Below, one piece after another: positions 23,639-32,258 of a DNA stretch of 64,000 bases (position 1 is its first letter; each line of letters starts with the position of its first letter). Below the pieces are notes generated by a model, which saw only the letters and a list, made by a program, of their open reading frames with translations, did no database searches and had not been told where the DNA came from. The translations under genes and the position numbers were made by a program. Source of the stretch: Candidatus Latescibacterota bacterium. GTDB lineage: Bacteria; Latescibacterota; UBA2968; UBA8231. The stretch lies in assembly GCA_965261395.1 (NCBI GenBank), contig OZ253462.1, positions 1,344,001-1,408,000 on the forward strand. Direction: 5' to 3'.

Positions 23639-24511
23639 ATGAACCTAATCACCATTTTTAATCAGTTCCCCGACCAACAATCTTGCATCGCTCATTTGGA
23701 GGCGATCCGCTGGCCGGAGCAAGCCTTTTGCCCACAATGTAGTAGCGACCGCGTAGCTCGCAAAGCTGAAAAAACGCTGGTTGGCCGGTGGAATTGCCAT
23801 AAGTGCAAGTCGAGCTTTAACGTGCTGGCTGGTACCATTTTTAGCGGTACTCAAATCCCTCTGCAAAAGTGGTTTTTGGCAATCAGCTTAATGGCCAATG
23901 CGAAGAAGAGCTTGTCGAGCTATCAATTGGCCCGCGACTTGGAACTAAACCAGAAAACGGCATGGTACATGCAACAGCGTATCCGCGCGGCAATGGCAAG
24001 CGACGAAGGGGCCTTGTTGCAAGGAATCATTGAGGCGGACGAAACCTATCTCGGCGGCAAGCCGCGCCACAAGGACAAGGACAACAGGCGCGGTCGTGGA
24101 GCTTCGGGCAAAACCTCCGTCGTGGGAGCCGTCCAGCGCAAGGGCGAAGTCAGGGCCGAAGTTACCGACGATACCAAGGGCGCGACCGTCTTGGGCTTTA
24201 TCGAGCAGTCCGTAGAGCCGGAAGAATCCGCGCTTATCACCGACGAGTACAAAGCCTACACCAAAGCCTACAAGCTTATGCCCCATCGCGTCGTCAATCA
24301 CGGTGAAGGCTTTGTCGATGCCGACGACAAGACCCTCCACACCAACACCATTGAAGGCTTTTGGAGCTTGCTTAAGCGAGCATGGTACGGCTCACACCAC
24401 AAGTACACCAAAGGCTGGTCGCCACTGTTTGTGGCTGAGGCTGTCTGGAAGTATAACCATCGCAAGGATGACGATAGCTTTAACGGCCTATTGAGGACTT
24501 GCTTCGCGTAG
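23639..24511 (+). CDS. IS1595 family transposase
   Basis: Zn ribbon CPQC...CHKC, HTH, 'IEADETYLGG', 'ITDEYKAY', 'HTNTIEGFWSLLKR'. Confidence 0.95.
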   Translation: MNLITIFNQFPDQQSCIAHLEAIRWPEQAFCPQCSSDRVARKAEKTLVGRWNCHKCKSSFNVLAGTIFSGTQIPLQKWFLAISLMANAKKSLSSYQLARDLELNQKTAWYMQQRIRAAMASDEGALLQGIIEADETYLGGKPRHKDKDNRRGRGASGKTSVVGAVQRKGEVRAEVTDDTKGATVLGFIEQSVEPEESALITDEYKAYTKAYKLMPHRVVNHGEGFVDADDKTLHTNTIEGFWSLLKRAWYGSHHKYTKGWSPLFVAEAVWKYNHRKDDDSFNGLLRTCFA

Positions 24512-24526
24512 CAACTTGACGCACAT

Positions 24527-24562
24527 CTCCTTAGTGTACTAAATTGTCAGTACACTAAGGAG
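24527..24562. repeat. Perfect 14-bp inverted repeat (operator or terminator)
   Basis: CTCCTTAGTGTACT-N8-AGTACACTAAGGAG; overlaps a possible promoter and the AGGAGG RBS. Confidence 0.8.
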
Positions 24563-24681
24563 GTATAGCATGGATGGTACTCTGAGTACTAACAAAAAAG
24601 AAGCGACTTACAAGAAAATAATATTTTTCCAGAAAGACCAAAAATATCAGATAGAAGACTATCTAAACTCAAAAGTTATAA

Positions 24682-25613
24682 GAAGCCGTCTGAAAACTAT
24701 ATTTTTTCTATTTGATCCGTTTGAGCAGCAAGTGGATCATAGCAATCTGGATCAAGGCTTCGCTATGGTGGGTCAACACCTCATAATCTCGGGCATGTCG
24801 GCGAAAATTCATCAACCACGCAAACGTGCGCTCGACGACCCAACGGCGTGGTAACACCTCAAAGCCGGGGCCTTGTTTGGCGACGACTTCCAAGTCTATT
24901 TTGTGCGTCTTTTTTACGTTAGCCACCCACGTTCGGATCGGATCGCCTCGATAGCCGCCATCGCCCCACAGTTTGCGTAACCGGGCTACGCCGGAGGCCC
25001 CCAAGCGGGTCAACACCTGCTTGAGGCCGTCCCGATCCTCTACATCGGCGGCGGTGACCACCACCTGTCTAAGCAAGCCCGAGGTGTCGACCAACAGATG
25101 ACGCTTGCGCCCCTTGACCTTTTTTCCGGCGTCATAACCGGTTGTTTTACCATGGGTTGCCGTCTTGATCGTCTGACTATCGACTACGCCAGCCGACGGC
25201 GTTGGAGCCCGTCCGTTGAGGCGGCGTTCCCGCTGGGTGAGTCGATCCAATACCTGCGGCCAGACCCCTTGTAGACTCCAGCGACGAAAGTAATCATACA
25301 CCGTTTTCCACGGTCCAAAACAAGAAGGCAACAAAGCCCAAGGACAACCGGTCTTGGTCAGATACAAAAGGCCGTTGACGATCTGGCGTCGATCCCGCGG
25401 TGGCCGACCCGGACCGTTCGGCTGCCATGTCGAAGCCGGCAGCAACGGTTCGATCCGACGCCATTGCACATCGGTTACATCGGTGGCATATTGCCTACTA
25501 GGCGTACTCATCATACGAGCCTTTCTGTTCAGATTTTGTCGCGAAACCTGAATATGGCTCGATGAGTACGCCGATTCAAATACCGGCTACAGCAAGGGTT
25601 TTCAGACGGCTTC
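24682..25613 (-). mobile_element. IS5-family element (IS1031-like) nested in the IS1595
   Basis: 16-bp TIRs GAAGCCGTCTGAAAAC / GTTTTCAGACGGCTTC; TAA target duplication (24679-24681 and 25614-25616). Confidence 0.92.
24708..25514 (-). CDS. IS5 family transposase
   Basis: 'Y.TD.TD.QW', 'TGCPW..LP..F.PW.TVY..F..W', 'DSQT.K', 'GYDAGKKVKGRKRH', 'RWVVERTFAW'. Confidence 0.95.
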   Translation of the reverse strand: MMSTPSRQYATDVTDVQWRRIEPLLPASTWQPNGPGRPPRDRRQIVNGLLYLTKTGCPWALLPSCFGPWKTVYDYFRRWSLQGVWPQVLDRLTQRERRLNGRAPTPSAGVVDSQTIKTATHGKTTGYDAGKKVKGRKRHLLVDTSGLLRQVVVTAADVEDRDGLKQVLTRLGASGVARLRKLWGDGGYRGDPIRTWVANVKKTHKIDLEVVAKQGPGFEVLPRRWVVERTFAWLMNFRRHARDYEVLTHHSEALIQIAMIHLLLKRIK

Positions 25614-25845
25614 TAAGAATTTCTCCATCATCAGTTGTTGTCATTGTAGGCAAAGAGATCCAATCTGTTTCCTGATCTCCTTTCCCATAACGTATTCTTA
25701 CTTCGTAATTTTTATTCGGAAACAGATTTTGAATTACTATCCCATTTTCGACCTGTCGAAAATTACTATTCCCAGTCGGACGAATAAATTCAGGTTCATC
25801 TGCTAAACGGTATTCTACATCAGTCCAAATCCGTTCATCAGCCAT
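25576..25845 (-). CDS. Small FN3-like passenger protein of the IS1595 (last 6 codons displaced by IS5)
   Basis: AAGGAG RBS; 'IVIQNLFPNKNYEVRIRY' FN3-like pattern. Removing the IS5 gives ...DGEILITFEFR* (stop at 24659-24661), 83 aa. Confidence 0.55.
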   Translation of the reverse strand: MADERIWTDVEYRLADEPEFIRPTGNSNFRQVENGIVIQNLFPNKNYEVRIRYGKGDQETDWISLPTMTTTDDGEILRSRLKTLAVAGI

Positions 25846-25997
25846 CGTCTAGCTCCTTCTAGTTGATGGTTAGGTGGCTCCAGTCTCGGTAACTGGGGCC
25901 GCTATTAGAGCGCAGCAGGTAGTTAGAACATATCTTTATCCTTAGTTCCGCGGTACACGGAGCCACCGGGCATTACAGCCCGGACTACCTGCTGCGC
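25840..25997. ncRNA. Candidate structured non-coding RNA(s) at the IS1595 right end
   Basis: Two hairpins that pair best on the + strand (25840-25871, 25873-25903) and a multibranch domain closed by a perfect 14-bp stem (25910-25923/25984-25997). Confidence 0.55.
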
Positions 25998-26012
25998 CTT
26001 TTATAGTGGGCA

Positions 26013-26041
26013 AAAGTACTACAGACAGACTACCAAGTCAA
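26013..26041 (-). promoter_or_regulatory. Inward promoter overlapping the right TIR
   Basis: Minus-strand TTGACT-N17-TACTTT. Confidence 0.5.
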
Positions 26042-26380
26042 GCCAAATACTACTTATTCCGATCTTTTTTATAGAAAATTTTTCTATTGGTTTGGTCTAT
26101 AAAACAAAAGATAAAGCGTTGGGGTCCATAACGCTTGTTCGCTACAATGGTCCGCACGGAGAAACGAGCCGGAATAAGGACGGTCATTACGCCAAGTCAC
26201 ATATACACCGTATAACTGCTGAGGAAGTTCAGTCTGGCATTATGCAGCCGCAAGAGAAGCACAGAGAGATTACAGAAAGGTATAGCACGTTTGAAGGCGC
26301 TCTCAAGGCTTTTTTTGACGATGGGGGCATAGTGAATGGTTTAGAATACTTCCCTAAGTTGAGTCAAATGGGACTTTTCG

Positions 26381-27148
26381 ATGGACACCAATAAAGTAAT
26401 CCACCTTCTACACGACAGAGCCAAAACGGGCTTTGACGTCTATGAGCGAAGGCCTGGAGCATATCAACTTATAATCCCCATACTTCACGAAGACGGTGAT
26501 ATGGTGGATATTTATTTGCAAGATAGTCCTAAAGGTGAAAACTATGTCCGTGTCTGTGATTTTGGCATGGCTGTTATGCGTCTTTCTTACACCTATGAAA
26601 TAAATACGGATTCCCGGCGGAGAATTTTTGAAAGCATTTTAATGAACAGTGGGGTTCAAAATGAGGAAGGAAACCTTTATTTAGATACTTCCCTTGAGAT
26701 GGTCTACGAGAGTATTCTTCAGCTTGCAGGTTGTGTGCAGAAAGTATGCAATATGCGCTATTGGAGCAGAGAGATCGTCCGATCTACATTCTATGAAGAC
26801 CTTAAAGAGTATACCACGACAGAGTTGAGAAAATTCGACCCGCAGCCGGACATCACGCCTATTGCCAATTATGAACTAATCACTATAGATTGGTCTTTGA
26901 GTTACAACAATCGTAAATTTTACCTTTTTGGAGTACGCGGAAACAGTAAAGCAAAAAGCACGGCTATCGCACTGTTGGAGCTCAAAAGAGCGGGTCTCCT
27001 GTTTACCAGTCTGGTAGTACATGAGGACATGCTGGAATTGGGAACTAAGGAAGCCGCCTATCTTACTAAGAATGCCGATAAGCAATATCTAAAGCTGGAT
27101 GATTTTCGAGAAGGCGTAGTATCCGATATTAGCAGGATTGCGGCATGA
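26381..27148 (+). CDS. DUF1828-like protein
   Basis: 'IIPILHEDGDMVDIYL...VCDFGMAVMRLSY' N-terminal pattern; possible nuclease-like C-terminal domain. AT-rich; overlaps the upstream gene. Confidence 0.65.
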   Translation: MDTNKVIHLLHDRAKTGFDVYERRPGAYQLIIPILHEDGDMVDIYLQDSPKGENYVRVCDFGMAVMRLSYTYEINTDSRRRIFESILMNSGVQNEEGNLYLDTSLEMVYESILQLAGCVQKVCNMRYWSREIVRSTFYEDLKEYTTTELRKFDPQPDITPIANYELITIDWSLSYNNRKFYLFGVRGNSKAKSTAIALLELKRAGLLFTSLVVHEDMLELGTKEAAYLTKNADKQYLKLDDFREGVVSDISRIAA

Positions 27149-27294
27149 GTCTTGTTATACGGCTCTGATCCAACAACAAGAGGATTGGAATTCAATCGAC
27201 AGGAAGCAATTCGGGAGGTGGAAGGCGAGTATAATAAAATCGCCATTCTACCTCCTTCTTTCTTAAGCATCCGCTGTCATTTTCTGCCCCTGAT

Positions 27295-27939
27295 TTATCC
27301 CACCTTGCCGACGCGCGGCGTCAAGTCGTTCCACAGATCGGCCATTGCGTAGGCCCGCTTTAAGCTCTGGTACACGTCTTGCCACATGGCCTCGCGCAGT
27401 TCGGTGGCCTGTGCTTGGTCGCCGGCCGCGAGAGCCGCCTTGAGTTGGTCGCTCCTTGCTGCTTGGGCGGTCGCTTGGTCGCTGGCGGCCTGGGCTAGGT
27501 CGGCTGACGCGGCGGTGAAGTTGTCGATGAGTTCGTCGATGGGCGTGTCGGTGTCCGTCTCCACGTCGTACGAACTAGAGGGCTGGAAATGGGTCGAGTG
27601 GCGGGTGCCGTCGGGATCGCGGCCGGTGTGGGTCGGTTGGATGTGGGGCGTTACTGACAGGTACATGACCATTGGTTCGTCGCCGATCACCCGCACCTGA
27701 TGAATCTCGTCGGCGAGGGCAACGCAGAGCTGACCCGCGCACAGCTCCTGTTCGCTACCAGCGATGTGGAAGACGCAGCGGCCTTGCAGGATGAGGAAAA
27801 TCTCGTGGCCGAGATCGTGGCTGTGCAGGCCGGCCACCGCACCCGGCTCCATGCGTAGGAAGCGGGAGCGGATGTGCGGGGTGACGAGCAGGTTTTTGAT
27901 GTGTTCCTCTTGGCGAAAGTCGAAAATTTCAAAGGCCAT
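27295..27939 (-). CDS. Cupin domain protein
   Basis: 'LHSHDLGHEIFLILQG', 'L.AGQ...A.ADEIH'; GGAG RBS. Confidence 0.8.
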   Translation of the reverse strand: MAFEIFDFRQEEHIKNLLVTPHIRSRFLRMEPGAVAGLHSHDLGHEIFLILQGRCVFHIAGSEQELCAGQLCVALADEIHQVRVIGDEPMVMYLSVTPHIQPTHTGRDPDGTRHSTHFQPSSSYDVETDTDTPIDELIDNFTAASADLAQAASDQATAQAARSDQLKAALAAGDQAQATELREAMWQDVYQSLKRAYAMADLWNDLTPRVGKVG

Positions 27940-28067
27940 GAACAGGCTCCTTGCGGAAATAGATGGGAATGGTAAACGGGCCATTGCCAATATACCCAAG
28001 TCCAGCGTCCCTAAAAACGTCTATAGAGGAAGCTGCTCGTCGCTTCTGAACAGTTCGTCCGAACTTG

Positions 28068-29822
28068 TCAAACTTCGACGAATCCCTCCGGCAACCCCTC
28101 CCCTTTGACCAACGCCTCCTTTAGCGCCCGCGCATGTTGGCAAATCCCCCGATAAGAAAACCCCTTACAACTGCAACTTATATCGTTCCCTTCCCCTTCC
28201 AACTCGTAGAACGCCCCCGGCTTCGACGAACTGTCCACCCGGTACCGCGCTCGCTTTGGCCCTGCCAAGACCCGCGCCAACACCCGCACCGCTTCCGCCG
28301 ACGGCAAGCGCGACTTGGCCGCCGACTCGACGGCGGGCTGCGCGGCGACAAAAGCTGCCCCGGCCTCGCGCAACAATTCCACCACTTGCTGATCGTCCAT
28401 AGCGCCAGCAGACGGCGCGGGCAGCACCTCCATCACCCGCCGCAATTCGTCCATTACGTCGCGCTGGAAATCTCCGGGCAAGGCGCTGCCTTCGACTAGT
28501 TGGTCGATCAGCGCCGACTTGGTCTCGAGGACCGTCTTGACGAATTCGTCGATCGTGCCGCTGCCGACCATATAGGTGACGTTGACGGTTTGCTGTTGCC
28601 CGATGCGGTAGGCCCGGTCCTCAGCCTGCCAGTGATTAACCGGCACCCAGTCGAGATCGTTGAAGACCACCTGCCGCGCTGCCGTGAGGTTGAGCCCGAT
28701 GCCCCCGGCGGTAATCTGCGCGGCCAGCACCTGCACTGAATCGTCCTCCTGAAAGCGGTCGGCCAGTTGTTGCCGCTCACTCGCTGGCACTGCGCCGGTG
28801 ATGGCTACTGCCTTCTGGCCAAAGTGCTTGCGCAGCGTGTTGACGGGTGATAGATAACACGAGAAGACCAGCACCTTCTCGCCCTGTTCTAACGCATTTT
28901 CGACGAAGGGGATCGTGCTGCGGACCTTGGCGATGGCCAAGCGGTTGCGCGCAGTGGTCAACTGGCCCATGATCCAGCCCTGGCGCGAGCGGCGCTCGGC
29001 CTCGGTCTCGCCGGCAAGCTCGGCTTGGCCCCGGCGCGAGATGGTGTGCAACAGCTCCATCACCGCCTCGCTCATGTCGCGCGCCACCCGGCTGGCGACC
29101 TCCACGTCGAGCCAACTGCGGATCTTGGGCGGCAAGTCGAGTACCTCGGCCTTGGTGCGACGCAGCATGATGCCGTGCAATTGCACGGTCAGCTCTTCGA
29201 TGTTGGAGGCCCCGTCGGCGACCCAGCCATAGTCGCCCTTGTAGCCGTCGCAATAGCGCTTGGCAAACGAGACGAACGAACGTCCGAGTGCGTGGCGCGC
29301 CAACTGCAACAAGGGGAAGAGATCGCGCGGCCGGCTCGTCAATGGCGTGCCGGTCAAAAGGTGAACCACGGCCTCGTCGCCAACGGCCTTGACCAAGTCC
29401 AGCGACAGGCGGTGCCGCTGGCTGCGGTAGTTTTTGAGATAGTGGGCCTCGTCGAAGACTAGGCCGCTCCAGGCGTGTGCTGCCAGCGGGTGTTTGGCGA
29501 GAATGTCGTAGTTGATGACGACCCAGCCGGTATAGCCGGGCTCAGGCGCGGGTGCGGGGCCGACGATGGCGATCTCCGCCGTGGGTAGCACCAGCGCAAT
29601 CTCGCGCGCCCAGTTGATCTTGACCGCAGCCGGGCCGACGGCCAGATACGGTCCCTCGGGTCGGGCTTGGCGCATGGCCAGCACGGACTGCCGAGTCTTG
29701 CCCAGCCCCATGTCGTCGGCGAGGATGGCCCGCTGCCGACCCAACAAAAAGGCGATGCCCTCGACCTGATGGGCATATAGCCCGGCGGCTAGGGCTTCGG
29801 CCTGTTGTTGTGCCGTACTCAT
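28068..29822 (-). CDS. SNF2-family (SMARCAL1/HARP-like) helicase with C-terminal SWIM Zn finger
   Basis: 'LADDMGLGKT', DEAH, 'LTGTP', 'GLNLTAA', 'QAEDRAYRIGQ'; C-terminal 'CSCKGFSYRGICQH'. Confidence 0.9.
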   Translation of the reverse strand: MSTAQQQAEALAAGLYAHQVEGIAFLLGRQRAILADDMGLGKTRQSVLAMRQARPEGPYLAVGPAAVKINWAREIALVLPTAEIAIVGPAPAPEPGYTGWVVINYDILAKHPLAAHAWSGLVFDEAHYLKNYRSQRHRLSLDLVKAVGDEAVVHLLTGTPLTSRPRDLFPLLQLARHALGRSFVSFAKRYCDGYKGDYGWVADGASNIEELTVQLHGIMLRRTKAEVLDLPPKIRSWLDVEVASRVARDMSEAVMELLHTISRRGQAELAGETEAERRSRQGWIMGQLTTARNRLAIAKVRSTIPFVENALEQGEKVLVFSCYLSPVNTLRKHFGQKAVAITGAVPASERQQLADRFQEDDSVQVLAAQITAGGIGLNLTAARQVVFNDLDWVPVNHWQAEDRAYRIGQQQTVNVTYMVGSGTIDEFVKTVLETKSALIDQLVEGSALPGDFQRDVMDELRRVMEVLPAPSAGAMDDQQVVELLREAGAAFVAAQPAVESAAKSRLPSAEAVRVLARVLAGPKRARYRVDSSSKPGAFYELEGEGNDISCSCKGFSYRGICQHARALKEALVKGEGLPEGFVEV

Positions 29823-30126
29823 GAGTGCTCTGCAGCGTGGGCGGCGAATTCCTCGAACTTGCCGATATAGGTCCCTTCTTCGGTGGGCATGGTTGCTCCT
29901 CGTGGCTTGGGTTGGTCGTAGGATTTAAGGCGACGGGGATGACCGGGGCAAGTCTTTGCCAGCTATCGCGTGGGCAGAGCTTAGAAAATACCGCGGTGAA
30001 ACTATCGGCTTTGATAATGTCGTTGACGCCCTGTAGTTTACAATACGGAACGGCGGTCGCGTCTCGATTATGAGGCCGGCCGCGGGAAGACGTGGGCGAC
30101 CGAGCAAAATCCCAGCAAAGGCGAAT

Positions 30127-32055
30127 GTGACAGCAGCCCAACCACAGCGCGGCGTTTCCAAACGGGCGGTTTTTGTCGGCCTGCTCTGCGCTACTGCGAT
30201 CTCCTGCGGGGAATCCTATGGCACGCTGGTGGTGAGAGGTTCGGCTATGGCCGCCGATTATTCCACTGGTGCTGCCATCTTCCTGTTCTTTCTGCTCACT
30301 TTGCTGCTCAATCCCCTTGCTCATCTGCTCACCGGTTCGCGGCTGCACAGCGGCGAGTTAGCGACCATTTACATAATGATGATCGTGGCTTCGGCGATTC
30401 CCTCTTGGGGTTTCGTTATGAACTTGATCCCGTTTTTAGGGGGGCTGTTTTACTTCGCCACGCCGGAGAACGACTGGGCCAATATCATTCACCCGCACAT
30501 CAAACCCTGGCTCGTGTCCCAGGACCGCGCGGCGATCTGGAAGCTCTTTGAGGGGGCGGCGCGCGGCGAGCCCGTGCCCTGGGGGCTGTGGCACAAGCCG
30601 ATGTTGGCTTGGGGGTTCTTCATACTCAGCGTTTATTTCGTCACGCTCTGCATGCTGGTCATCCTGCGCAAGCAGTGGATGGAACACGAGCGCCTGCTCT
30701 TCCCGCTCTCGGTCCTGCCGCTCGAATTGGCCCAAGGGGAGCAGGGCCGTCTGCTGCCGCCGTTGCTGCGCAACTATCTGACTTGGGTCGGCTTTCTGCT
30801 CCCGTTTCTCATCAATCTCGTCAATGGCCTGCACTCCTACTTCAACTACTTCCCCTTCATCCAGTTGAATACCCCGCTGCGTTTTCTGCGCGAATCCGTG
30901 CGTCTGAACCTTTACCCGCGCTTCGAGGTCATCGGGCTTTCGTATCTGTTGAGCCTCGATGTCTCGTTCGGCGTGTGGTTCTTCGCCTTTCTCGCCTATG
31001 TCCACACTGGGGTCGAGCGGCTGTTTGGCTGGAGCATTGGCCCGTCGCAGCCCTACTCGATGCCCGCTTCGGCCAGCGTCGCCCACCTGGCGCAGGGCGC
31101 AATGTTCTTCCTAGTCTTTTCCAGCCTGTGGGCCGCGCGCCAACATATCGGCGACGTGCTGCGCAAGGCCTTCAAGCGCGATCCGGCGATTGACGATAGC
31201 GGCGAGATGCTCTCGTACCGCACGGCCGTACTGGGTTTTATCTTCGGGTCGATCTTCGCCGTGTGGTGGCTGGCGCAAACCGGCCTGCAGTTCGGCATTG
31301 CGCTTTTTTACTTTCTGCTCTGCTTGGCCACTTTTATCGGTTTGGCGCGTATTGTCTCCCAAGCCGGCCTCGCCTACGGTGTGTCGCCGGTGGCCCCGCC
31401 GGTATTTATGGTCACGGCGCTTGGGCCGACCGCGCTTGGAGCGAGCGGGCTGACGGCGCTCGGCATGAACTTCCCCTGGACAGCCGATTTGCGCACCTTC
31501 GTCATGGCCTCGGCGGCGACCGGCCTCAAGATCGCCGAGGTTATGCGTTTGGAGACCCGGCGGCTGTTTTGGGCGATCGCCGCGACCATAGTGGTCACTC
31601 TGATTTCCGCGGCATGGATGGTTACCACGTTGGCGTATAAATACGGTGGCATCAATCTCGGGGGTTGGGGTTTCGGCGGCTTGACCCAACTGACGGGTAA
31701 CTGGATCGCACACAATATCAACAACCCGGAGGAAATCTACGGCTGGCACCTCATCTACACCGGCATCGGCAGCGTCGTCATGGCCGTGCTGAGCTTTCTC
31801 AAGGCGCGTTTCGTCGGCTTCCCGATCCATCCCATCGGCCTAGTCCTCGGTCTGACCTACCCGATCAGCCAGATTTGGTTTTCGGTCTTTATCGCCTGGG
31901 CTTTCAAAGCGGTCATTTTGAAATACGGCGGGGCCAGGGGCTATCGCCTGCTGCGCCCGCTCTTTCTCGGCATGGTGCTGGGCGCTTTTGGCTCGGCGGG
32001 CATGTGGCTGATCATCGACTATTTTGGCGGCATGTCGAACAGGTTTACCATGTGA
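30127..32055 (+). CDS. Polytopic membrane protein, DUF6785/DUF6784-like (putative transporter)
   Basis: Many TM segments, 'LRKQWMEHERLLFPL', 'PIHPIG', 'ILKYGG..GY..LRP.FLG'. Start uncertain (30070 or 30127). Confidence 0.7.
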   Translation: MTAAQPQRGVSKRAVFVGLLCATAISCGESYGTLVVRGSAMAADYSTGAAIFLFFLLTLLLNPLAHLLTGSRLHSGELATIYIMMIVASAIPSWGFVMNLIPFLGGLFYFATPENDWANIIHPHIKPWLVSQDRAAIWKLFEGAARGEPVPWGLWHKPMLAWGFFILSVYFVTLCMLVILRKQWMEHERLLFPLSVLPLELAQGEQGRLLPPLLRNYLTWVGFLLPFLINLVNGLHSYFNYFPFIQLNTPLRFLRESVRLNLYPRFEVIGLSYLLSLDVSFGVWFFAFLAYVHTGVERLFGWSIGPSQPYSMPASASVAHLAQGAMFFLVFSSLWAARQHIGDVLRKAFKRDPAIDDSGEMLSYRTAVLGFIFGSIFAVWWLAQTGLQFGIALFYFLLCLATFIGLARIVSQAGLAYGVSPVAPPVFMVTALGPTALGASGLTALGMNFPWTADLRTFVMASAATGLKIAEVMRLETRRLFWAIAATIVVTLISAAWMVTTLAYKYGGINLGGWGFGGLTQLTGNWIAHNINNPEEIYGWHLIYTGIGSVVMAVLSFLKARFVGFPIHPIGLVLGLTYPISQIWFSVFIAWAFKAVILKYGGARGYRLLRPLFLGMVLGAFGSAGMWLIIDYFGGMSNRFTM

Positions 32056-32258
32056 ATTTGGGCTCGGCGATGTGGCCAGCTACTCGGAAGGCGCAACCGA
32101 CAATACCTATCTGGTGATCGGCGAGTCGAGCCGCCGCTCAAGTGGATGTGCTTATTTCGCCCGGCTATATTTGACGGGGCAAACGCCGCCCCACGCACAT
32201 CGACCGGCTTCATGCCGGGTCCACCTTTATCGGGCTGTACAACTGAGAGGGAGCAAAG

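Larger units (their letters stand above)
23565..26061 (+). mobile_element. IS1595-family element with passenger region
   Basis: Perfect 25-bp TIRs CGGAATAAGTAGTATTTGGCTTGAC (23565-23589 and 26037-26061); 8-bp TSD ATCTTTTT (23557-23564 and 26062-26069). Confidence 0.95.
23392..26394 (+). pseudogene. IS-interrupted gene (DUF6978-like, upstream partner of the DUF1828 gene)
   Basis: Removing 23565-26069 restores the frame: ...VFIRQNIFF|IENFSIGLVYKTK...LVRYNGPHGE...HIHRIT. Family name is tentative. Confidence 0.8.

Noticed and set aside
24570-24854. 94-aa ORF in the ORF track
   Set aside because: Most of it is read-through into the IS5 antisense strand; only the first about 38 codons predate the insertion.
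32056-32258. Possible gene remnant between the membrane protein and enolase-family genes
   Set aside because: No recognisable motif, start or repeat.
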